Shown: piece after piece, positions 28,183-34,124 of the stretch
Layout of the letters: every line of letters begins with the position of its first letter
Position numbering within the stretch: the stretch's first letter is position 1
DNA from: a virus
Lineage: Duplodnaviria > Caudoviricetes
IMG/VR virus record: IMGVR_UViG_3300028797_000108
Coordinates: 64,001 to 128,000 of that record
Reading direction: 5' to 3' (one strand)
Length of the DNA stretch: 64,000 nucleotides
Translations under genes and position numbers: made by a program
The notes under the pieces: model-generated
The model's database searches: none
What the model was told of the DNA's origin: nothing
The model's input: only the letters and a program-made list of their open reading frames with translations

Positions 28183-28496
28183 TTAACTGTTGAAATTGAA
28201 CAACTACTGCCTCTGGTTCAACGCCGCGGGCCACGCAGGACAACAAAAACCCACGCGGTTCACCTACTGCCCATCCTAGGAAGGGCGACAACTTGGAGAT
28301 TGAAATGAAACTTTTGACGTGTATGTAGAACGGTTTGAGCTTTCATCGTATCAGCTCATCAATGATTGGGGCGATGAAGGCGAGCGGATTTTGATCCCAC
28401 CGTTGCGGTAGGCCTAGATGAGCGTTGCTCGAGTTGCAGAAGATCCTCGGAAAAATCTTCACGGGCGTCACCCGGAAAAAATTGACAAAAATACCC

Positions 28497-28525
28497 TTGA
28501 CAGTTTCAGAAAACTATTTTATATT
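28497..28525 (+). promoter_or_regulatory. Early promoter of the main tRNA array
   Basis: TTGACA-17-TATATT; late TATAAATA also at 28612-28619. Confidence 0.75.
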
Positions 28526-28637
28526 TGATACTGTCAAAACAAAATCAATCCCGAGCGGATTTGATTGCAGCTTGAAATAGCGGAAACACAAGATTTTGAA
28601 AAGTTGTTGTTTATAAATATGAATAACAACTGAACAT

Positions 28638-28710
28638 GCCTCGGTGGCGCAATTGGTAGCGCAGCGGACTCTTAATCCGTGGGTTGAAGGTTCGAGTCCT
28701 TCCCGGGGCA
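28638..28710 (+). tRNA. trnK: tRNA-Lys(CTT)
   Basis: GCGGA-CT-CTT-AA-TCCGT. Confidence 0.9.
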
Positions 28711-28910
28711 CTACTGGACAAGATCGCGTCAAACTGAAGAGGATTGTTAGTAGTAGCGAAGTACAAGCTATGAACAGGGTTGCTAGTAGGTTTGATGGCA
28801 ACGCGTGCAGACCCCACCGATGAGGAGGGGTGAACTGCAGAGGAACCCGACCTGGGGGCGCATCGGGGTGAGTCTTGACAATTTGATGAAAGCGAATCAT
28901 CGCAAGTCGT

Positions 28911-28986
28911 TGGATGTAGTTATAAATGGAAAAACAGGGTCCGCTTCGGCGAGCTCATAATTGTGGGTCCGACTCCCACCGTCCGT
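28911..28986 (+). ncRNA. tRNA-like RNA with a UUCG tetraloop in place of the anticodon loop
   Basis: TGGATG/CGTCCG acceptor, T-arm GTGGG-TCCGACT-CCCAC, CGC-TTCG-GCG. Confidence 0.55.
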
Positions 28987-29117
28987 AAAACGATTCTGTG
29001 AGTAGTCAAAGGGCTAATCTAAAGCTTGCCTCCAATGCGAAAAAAGCTGAGCGTGCCACCGGCGAGCGATGGTGGGGTTACAGCATAACCACAAAGCTGC
29101 ACAATGCAAGATCGCCT

Positions 29118-29198
29118 TCGGCAGATAGTTCAAGCGTAGAACATCGGGTTGTCCCCGAAGATTACTGGGTAAAAGCCAAGGCTACCAGAAGTCACCGA
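29118..29198 (+). ncRNA. tRNA-like RNA with 5-nt anticodon loop and altered T arm
   Basis: GTTC-AAGCGTA-GAAC D arm; TCGGG-TTGTC-CCCGA. Confidence 0.45.
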
Positions 29199-29326
29199 TT
29201 GTTGCATATCCTGCTTGGGTCGCGGTTGGTCCCGTGAGACTCGCTCAGGCTTGGTTGAAGGTTCAACAAGTAAAAGAGGACTTAGGCTTGCTTGGCGCCT
29301 TAAGCCTAACCAGCACAAGCATTATT

Positions 29327-29400
29327 GGGGTCATAGCTCAATTTGGTAGAGCACTAGCTTTGCAAGCTAGGGGTTCCGGGTTCGAGTCCCGGTGGCTCCA
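29327..29400 (+). tRNA. trnA: tRNA-Ala(TGC)
   Basis: CTAGC-TT-TGC-AA-GCTAG, G3:U70. Confidence 0.92.
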
Positions 29401-29411
29401 CGAAACATTTC

Positions 29412-29773
29412 GGGCTCCCTCCGCCATTTGCAAGTAAGACAAAGAAGGCACGACAAACCGAAAGTAGTTACATTGGTTGCTCTTTGTGGCTGCGATCTTG
29501 GTCCTTCCTAATGAAAGTACCATACAAAGGAGTAGGTAGATCCGTGAAGGAATCGCTCTAAGCTGGAGTAGATCGGATCGGGAATCGCTGAAACGACCGA
29601 AGATGCCTATAACAGAAAGGTTGATGGTGTGCAGCTAGCACTGTCGCTGAAGTAAATGTGCGGCATTGGAAGGATGGAAACGGTGAGGCGGTATACTGAT
29701 GGGACAGGGATAAGCTCCTGACTTTTAGGTATATGTGGTAGCCACTGTGGAGGTTCAAATCCTTCGGTGCCCA
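29412..29773 (+). ncRNA. About 360-nt structured RNA ending in a T-arm/acceptor-like module
   Basis: GGGCTCC ... GGAGG-TTCAAAT-CCTTC-GGTGCCC-A-CTA. Confidence 0.5.
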
Positions 29774-29784
29774 CTAATTATTAT

Positions 29785-29858
29785 TGGATTGTAGCTCAGT
29801 TTGGTAGAGCGGTCGGCTGTTAACCGATTGGTCGCAGGTTCGAGTCCTGCCTTTCCAG
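29785..29858 (+). tRNA. trnN: tRNA-Asn(GTT)
   Basis: GTCGG-CT-GTT-AA-CCGAT; two acceptor mismatches. Confidence 0.85.
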
Positions 29859-29885
29859 CTAAACGCCGATTAGGCAACATTTTCT

Positions 29886-29961
29886 GTGCTATAGCCGTCC
29901 GCAGGAATCGGACGCCGGCAGTCGCCGGAAATCAGTGGTTCAATTCCACTCGTAGCCACCA
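29886..29961 (+). ncRNA. tRNA-like RNA with 4-nt anticodon loop and encoded CCA
   Basis: CCGGC-AGTC-GCCGG; AGTGG-TTCAATT-CCACT; ends GTAGCCACCA. Confidence 0.55.
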
Positions 29962-30075
29962 AAGGAAATGGCTTGGTTAAGATAACCTCAACATCAAGTA
30001 GCCGAAAGGTGTGGGACACTTGACGATCAGACAACTCGAGTAATGCTGAACGCTTGAGTCCCAGCGCTTTTGATT

Positions 30076-30148
30076 GCCTGTATAGCTCAGCTGGTAGAGC
30101 AGCGGCTTTGTAACCCGCAGGTCGGGGGTTCGGATCCCTCTGCAGGCG
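30076..30148 (+). tRNA. trnT: tRNA-Thr(TGT)
   Basis: GCGGC-TT-TGT-AA-CCCGC. Confidence 0.88.
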
Positions 30149-30286
30149 CTAATGGTTGAATGTTGGGTATCCTATAGGAATAAACAATAGCCTATAGGTG
30201 GACCGAGCCCCGTTCTGTAATGGGATGGGTGCCCGCATTTCACAATGCCGGTAGTCCGGTGGTGGCGGAACCACCTTAAAAACTTG

Positions 30287-30361
30287 CGGGCTGTAGCTCA
30301 GTCTGGCTAGAGCACTTGATTTGGGATCAAGGGGTCGTGGGTTCAAATCCCGCCAGCCCGA
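30287..30361 (+). tRNA. trnP: tRNA-Pro(TGG)
   Basis: CTTGA-TT-TGG-GA-TCAAG. Confidence 0.92.
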
Positions 30362-30370
30362 TAACATTAT

Positions 30371-30443
30371 TGCGGAGTGGAGCAGTGGTTAGCTCGGCAG
30401 CCTCATAAGCTGAAGGTCGTGGGTTCAAGTCCCACCTCCGCTA
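30371..30443 (+). tRNA. trnM: tRNA-Met(CAT), initiator-like
   Basis: 1:72 mismatch, GGAGCAG..TAGCTCG D arm. Confidence 0.85.
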
Positions 30444-30455
30444 CTAAAAGTATTT

Positions 30456-30541
30456 GCCAGTGCGCCGACGTTGGAGAGTCGGACCGGACTGTAAATCCGG
30501 GGCCCTCACGGGCTTTGGTGGTTCAAATCCACCCTCTGGCA
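30456..30541 (+). tRNA. trnY: tRNA-Tyr(GTA)
   Basis: CCGGA-CT-GTA-AA-TCCGG, long variable arm. Confidence 0.88.
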
Positions 30542-30555
30542 CGAAAAGAATTTTT

Positions 30556-30627
30556 GGCTCCTTGGTCTAGAGGTTAGGACACCACATTTTCAATGTGAGA
30601 ACCCGGGTTCGAGTCCCGGAGGAGCTA
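30556..30627 (+). tRNA. trnE: tRNA-Glu(TTC)
   Basis: CACA-TT-TTC-AA-TGTG. Confidence 0.88.
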
Positions 30628-30635
30628 CTAAGCCT

Positions 30636-30708
30636 CGGATGGCATCGTTTGATTATGGCAAGACGCCCACGCGAAGTGGGAAAGAGCGGTCCGAATCCGC
30701 TTGCCTGA
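30636..30708 (+). ncRNA. tRNA-like RNA with 5-nt anticodon loop
   Basis: D arm GTTT/AGAC; CCCAC-GCGAA-GTGGG; AGCGG-TCCGAAT-CCGCT. Confidence 0.6.
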
Positions 30709-30786
30709 ACAGTGAGTACACGGTCTGGGGCTAGGAGCAAAAAGCTGAGAGACGTCGTAGGTGTATTGCTCCGGTACTTTTGAATT

Positions 30787-30857
30787 GGGTTCATAGTTTA
30801 ATGGATGAATACCGGCTTGTCACGCCGGCGGTACGGGATCGTGACCCGTTGGACCCG
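30787..30857 (+). tRNA. trnD: tRNA-Asp(GTC)
   Basis: CCGGC-TT-GTC-AC-GCCGG; atypical T loop. Confidence 0.82.
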
Positions 30858-30864
30858 CTAAAAA

Positions 30865-31082
30865 TTGCTGTTTGACAAATCAGGTGAACTGCAGATAGCC
30901 TGAGGCGTTGATTGCGGTTTGAGGTCCGGCGACGGCTGGATGCAAAGGAATAGCCGGAAGCGCGGTTCTAGAGGAAGTTCCTCAGGAGCCGGTGAAGGGA
31001 GGCCCCAAAAGGGCATTAAAACAACGGCGGGAAGGCACCCTCTAAAGAGCTCTGAATATGCAGCCCTCAGAGCAAACAGCAA
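30865..31082 (+). ncRNA. About 218-nt structured RNA with a 10-bp terminal stem
   Basis: TTGCTGTTTG pairs with CAAACAGCAA; fills the gap between two tRNAs. Confidence 0.55.
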
Positions 31083-31086
31083 CTAT

Positions 31087-31160
31087 CGGCATGCATAACG
31101 ATTGGTTCGTTTGCCACTCTGATAAGGTGGAGATTGAAGGTTCAACTCCTTCCGTGCCGA
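31087..31160 (+). tRNA. trnI: tRNA-Ile(GAT)
   Basis: CCACT-CT-GAT-AA-GGTGG; atypical D arm. Confidence 0.8.
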
Positions 31161-31163
31161 CTA

Positions 31164-31223
31164 AAGATACTTACAGCAAAGTTATCAACATTCTTTTTTT
31201 GGTAGAATCGCAAAGGTATCTTG
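31164..31223 (+). ncRNA. Stem-ACAGCAA element copy 1 (no tRNA cargo)
   Basis: AAGATACTT-ACAGCAAA...AGGTATCTTG. Confidence 0.65.
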
Positions 31224-31228
31224 ATTAT

Positions 31229-31301
31229 GCCGCGGTAGCCTAGGTGGTCATGGCGCGGGACTGAAAATCCTGAGATGTTGGTCCGATTCCAACCCTCGGC
31301 A
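31229..31301 (+). tRNA. trnF: tRNA-Phe(GAA)
   Basis: CGGGA-CT-GAA-AA-TCCTG. Confidence 0.88.
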
Positions 31302-31314
31302 CTAAAACAATTAT

Positions 31315-31386
31315 AGCGGGGAGAGGATGGTTCCTCCGCCGGTCTCATAAGCCGTGCTTCTGCAGGTTCGAGTCCTGCCGCCGCTA
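31315..31386 (+). tRNA. trnM: tRNA-Met(CAT)
   Basis: CGGT-CT-CAT-AA-GCCG; short D loop. Confidence 0.78.
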
Positions 31387-31390
31387 CTAT

Positions 31391-31474
31391 GGCCTACTGG
31401 CGGAACTGGTAGACGCGCCTGACTTAGGATCAGGTGCCCGTGAGGGCGTGGGAGTTCGAGTCTCTCGTAGGTCA
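31391..31474 (+). tRNA. trnL: tRNA-Leu(TAG)
   Basis: CCTGA-CT-TAG-GA-TCAGG. Confidence 0.9.
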
Positions 31475-31494
31475 CTAAAACACAAGGAGTTATT

Positions 31495-31701
31495 ATGACT
31501 GAACAAGAAGCAAAAAGAGCAAAAGAAATTGAAGCAATGCTGAATTGGAATTTGCAGCGATCCCAGGCCTTGGGTGAATTCCCTTTGCCCGTCACTTGTG
31601 GTATCACTCAGATCTTTAACTGCGTTCAGTCTGAAAGGGCGGCTGCTTGGAAGCGCAAGAATGATATTGCGAACGGGCGAGTCCCTGATTCGGTTCCGTA
31701 G
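31495..31701 (+). CDS. Small protein inside the tRNA array, 3' end overlapping tRNA-Arg
   Basis: RBS AAGGAG; 68 aa. Confidence 0.6.
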   Translation: MTEQEAKRAKEIEAMLNWNLQRSQALGEFPLPVTCGITQIFNCVQSERAAAWKRKNDIANGRVPDSVP

Positions 31702-31767
31702 CTCAGTCGGATTTAGAGCGCCACGCTACGAACGTGGAGGTCCCAGGTTCGAGTCCTGGCGGAACTA
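31692..31767 (+). tRNA. trnR: tRNA-Arg(ACG)
   Basis: CCACG-CT-ACG-AA-CGTGG. Confidence 0.9.
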
Positions 31768-31824
31768 CTAAAGCGGTTTGGGTGGAGGTACGTCGCCGTT
31801 ATAAATATCTCAAATCGCTTTTAT

Positions 31825-31908
31825 GCTTACATGAATCCGAGCGGCAAAGGACGCAGTCTGCAAAACTGCGGGCGAAAGCCTTCGCAGGTTCGAGTCCTGC
31901 TGTAAGCT
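31825..31908 (+). tRNA. trnC: tRNA-Cys(GCA) with long variable arm
   Basis: GCAGT-CT-GCA-AA-ACTGC, U73, GGC-GAAA-GCC arm. Confidence 0.8.
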
Positions 31909-31914
31909 CTAATA

Positions 31915-32040
31915 AAGATAGAGACAGCAAAATTAAATGCTATCCCAAGGCTGAAACGAGGGGTCCGAATCCCCTCATGGAGGTTGGTCTTCCATTCGTC
32001 TAGTGGTCTAGGACTCAGCCAAAGCAAAAAATCTATCTTG
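31915..32040 (+). ncRNA. Stem-ACAGCAA element copy 2 with circularly permuted tRNA domain (YrlA-like)
   Basis: GGCTGA, T arm, ATGGAGG-TTGGT-CTTCCAT, D arm, TCAGCC. Confidence 0.75.
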
Positions 32041-32044
32041 TCTT

Positions 32045-32128
32045 GGAGGGTTAGCCTAACGGTAAGGCAGCGGTCTTGAAAACCGCCGCGGGGAAACTCG
32101 CTTGTAGGTTCAAATCCTGCACCCTCCG
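32045..32128 (+). tRNA. trnS: tRNA-Ser(TGA)
   Basis: GCGGT-CT-TGA-AA-ACCGC. Confidence 0.9.
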
Positions 32129-32142
32129 CTAAAACATTTTAA

Positions 32143-32214
32143 GTCCCATTGGTGTAGTGGTAGCACGTCTCCTTGCCATGGAGAAGGTCGCCGGTCCGAA
32201 TCCGGCATGGGGCT
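32143..32214 (+). tRNA. trnG: tRNA-Gly(GCC)
   Basis: TCTCC-TT-GCC-AT-GGAGA. Confidence 0.88.
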
Positions 32215-32218
32215 CTAT

Positions 32219-32345
32219 AGATACGCACAGCAATGTTAAAGCATGGTCTGATAAACCCCGTGTTGCAGGTTCGAGTCCTGTCGGGTCGCTGAAAGGTGAC
32301 CTGTAGCTCAATCGGTAGAGCAGGAAAAGCAAAAAACGTATCTTG
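32219..32345 (+). ncRNA. Stem-ACAGCAA element copy 3 with circularly permuted tRNA domain
   Basis: GGT-CTGATAA-ACC, T arm, CGGGTCGCT-GAAA-GGTGACCTG, D arm. Confidence 0.75.
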
Positions 32346-32350
32346 TATAA

Positions 32351-32421
32351 GTCCTATTGGTGTAGTGGTAACATTTCTGCCTTCCAAGCAGGTGTGGCGA
32401 GTTCGAGTCTCGCATAGGGCT
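32351..32421 (+). tRNA. trnG: tRNA-Gly(TCC)
   Basis: CTGC-CT-TCC-AA-GCAG. Confidence 0.88.
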
Positions 32422-32424
32422 CTA

Positions 32425-32547
32425 AAGGTGCTCTCAGCTAAATTTTCATAGGAAAATTCTAGAGTAGTATAATTGGTTATTACACCCTCCGATAAAAGAG
32501 GGAGATCCTGGTTCGAGTCCAGGCGCCAGACCCCGAAAGGCATCTTG
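32425..32547 (+). ncRNA. Stem-(A/T)CAGC element copy 4 with degenerate non-permuted tRNA domain
   Basis: AAGGTGCT...GGCATCTTG; 8-nt anticodon loop, broken acceptor. Confidence 0.6.
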
Positions 32548-32555
32548 ATCTTACC

Positions 32556-32627
32556 CCCGTGGTAGTGTAATGGTTAGCACACGAGCTTGTGGCGCTCGTA
32601 GTTCGGATTCGAGTTCCGGCCTTGGGA
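32556..32627 (+). tRNA. trnH: tRNA-His(GTG) without encoded G-1, A73
   Basis: CGAGC-TT-GTG-GC-GCTCG. Confidence 0.8.
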
Positions 32628-32630
32628 TAT

Positions 32631-32704
32631 ACCTCCGTGGCGCAGTGGTTTAGCGCGGCTGCCCTACAAGCAGCGGGTCGTAGGTTCAACTCCTACCGGG
32701 GGTA
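32631..32704 (+). tRNA. trnV: tRNA-Val(TAC)
   Basis: GCTGC-CC-TAC-AA-GCAGC (C33). Confidence 0.85.
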
Positions 32705-32708
32705 CTAT

Positions 32709-32780
32709 TGGGGCGTGGTGTAATTGGTAACACGCATGACTCTGACTCATGAATTCTTGGTTCAAGTCCAGGCGCCCCAA
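32709..32780 (+). tRNA. trnQ: tRNA-Gln(CTG)
   Basis: CATGA-CT-CTG-AC-TCATG. Confidence 0.9.
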
Positions 32781-32860
32781 CTATGGTGACCCAAAGCCAA
32801 AACAAATTGGGTCGTTTCTAGTGAGTAGCCTTGTAGCTAGATCTGTAATTAAAGGCCCTT

Positions 32861-32933
32861 AGGGATATAGTTCAATTGGTAGAACGGCGGACTCCAAACC
32901 CGCGTGTTAGAGGTTCAAATCCTTTTGTCCCTG
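32861..32933 (+). tRNA. trnW: tRNA-Trp(CCA)
   Basis: GCGGA-CT-CCA-AA-CCCGC. Confidence 0.88.
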
Positions 32934-32937
32934 TTAT

Positions 32938-33021
32938 GGCCGAGTGGCGGAATTGGTAGACGCGGCGGACTCAAAATCCGCTGACCGCGAGGTCGTGAGA
33001 GTTCAAGTCTCTCCTTGGCCA
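32938..33021 (+). tRNA. trnL: tRNA-Leu(CAA)
   Basis: GCGGA-CT-CAA-AA-TCCGC. Confidence 0.92.
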
Positions 33022-33025
33022 CTAT

Positions 33026-33143
33026 AGATACCAACAGCAAAAATGCGTCTTGCTCCTCCTGGGGTTATAGCTCAATTGGTAGAGCACCGCCGACATACTG
33101 GCGGGGGTTGCGGGTTCGAGTCCCGATATGCAATGGTATCTTG
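33026..33143 (+). ncRNA. Stem-ACAGCAA element copy 5 with degenerate tRNA domain
   Basis: AGATACCA-ACAGCAAA...TGGTATCTTG; D and T arms intact, 8-nt anticodon loop, no acceptor 3' strand. Confidence 0.7.
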
Positions 33144-33148
33144 ACTTT

Positions 33149-33234
33149 GGAGGAATACACTAATTGGTTAAGTGGCCACCCTGCTAAGGTGGTGTCCCGA
33201 AAGGGGCGTGAAGGTTCAAGTCCTTCTTCCTCCG
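33149..33234 (+). tRNA. trnS: tRNA-Ser(GCT)
   Basis: CCACC-CT-GCT-AA-GGTGG. Confidence 0.9.
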
Positions 33235-33263
33235 TATTGACATTTTTTGACAATTTCTTGTTA

Positions 33264-33294
33264 GCGCCCGAATTGATGAAATTCGGGCGTTTTT
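33264..33294 (+). terminator. Terminator of the tRNA array
   Basis: GCGCCCGAATT-GATGA-AATTCGGGCGT-TTTT. Confidence 0.8.
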
Positions 33295-33345
33295 GTTATG
33301 TAAACTTTATTTTACATATTTTTTCATATTTTGCGGATTATTTAG

Positions 33346-33374
33346 TTGACAGGTGGCGTGGAAATTGTTATATT
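33346..33374 (+). promoter_or_regulatory. Early sigma70-type promoter
   Basis: TTGACA-17-TATATT-TTACTCGTAAA. Confidence 0.8.
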
Positions 33375-33409
33375 TTACTCGTAAACAAAACAACTGAAGG
33401 ATTTGAACT

Positions 33410-33886
33410 ATGAGTATTGATTCCAAACGCCGCTCCGATATCGCCTCCACCCCGTGGGAAAAGCTTGAATATGGCCGTGACCTTACCGATTGTCTTCGCA
33501 ATGACTACCCCGAAAATTATTGTTCTGTTGAAGACCGAAATGAATGGAACGGTTTTGTTTGCGGAAAAGATAAGATGCCGAAGCGCGTCCTGATCCGTGA
33601 CTCCTTCATGCGCCGTATGCCTGACGGTCACTGGGTTGAACAGCGTAAGGATTGGGAAGCCCTTGAACTCCTTGATTTTGAAATGAAGGACGCCTACATG
33701 ATGGGCAAAACTCCTGAAGGAGAAGAAATTTGGGTGAACCGCACCGTTCACGTCGCAGCCCGTGACTGGGACGAAGCAACGAGAATTTACAACTGGCACA
33801 AGGATCGCTGGATGAGCTGCGGCTTGATTTCTGGCTGGATGAATTTCTGGACTGACCGTGCCATCAACGCTGAAAAGAAGGCTTAA
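33410..33886 (+). CDS. Hypothetical protein
   Basis: RBS AAGGA after promoter. Confidence 0.75.
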   Translation: MSIDSKRRSDIASTPWEKLEYGRDLTDCLRNDYPENYCSVEDRNEWNGFVCGKDKMPKRVLIRDSFMRRMPDGHWVEQRKDWEALELLDFEMKDAYMMGKTPEGEEIWVNRTVHVAARDWDEATRIYNWHKDRWMSCGLISGWMNFWTDRAINAEKKA

Positions 33887-33888
33887 TC

Positions 33889-34107
33889 ATGAAGCGAACC
33901 GTTTACATCCCCATTGAAATTGAATGCAACGACGAATACCCGTTAACCGACAGCGAAGCCTGCGCTATTGCCAGCTCAATGGCTGAGGATTGCCGCGACG
34001 GTTTCTTCAGCAGCGACAATATGTGGGATCGTGCGAGCGAGACCCTCGGCGAATACGGCATGATTGATTTTGGTTACACAATTAAGAACCCCGTCAGCAA
34101 CATTTAA
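33889..34107 (+). CDS. Hypothetical acidic protein
   Basis: Operon continuity. Confidence 0.65.
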   Translation: MKRTVYIPIEIECNDEYPLTDSEACAIASSMAEDCRDGFFSSDNMWDRASETLGEYGMIDFGYTIKNPVSNI

Positions 34108-34124
34108 CAAAAGGACATACCACT

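Noticed and set aside
28370-28900. Short matches to rRNA-like words (GCGATGAAGG, GAATCATCG)
   Set aside because: Too short and not collinear; no rRNA gene
30960-30990. RNase P RNA (GAGGAAG motif)
   Set aside because: GAGGAAAGUCC and its P4 partner are not properly present; RNA too short
31049-31082. Sixth, permuted copy of the stem-ACAGCAA element
   Set aside because: This ACAGCAA is better explained as pairing with 30865-30874; left unresolved
31164-33143. CRISPR array interpretation of the repeated AGATAC/ACAGCAA elements
   Set aside because: Repeats are not identical, are split into two pairing halves and are interleaved with tRNAs; no cas genes
26453-33234. Stop-codon reassignment or suppressor tRNAs
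   Set aside because: No CTA/TCA/TTA anticodon found; genes are intact under code 11; the 10190 break is a frame change at TAA
26723-33413. Many short ORFs across the tRNA array
   Set aside because: They overlap tRNAs/structured RNAs; only 31495-31701 has a good RBS
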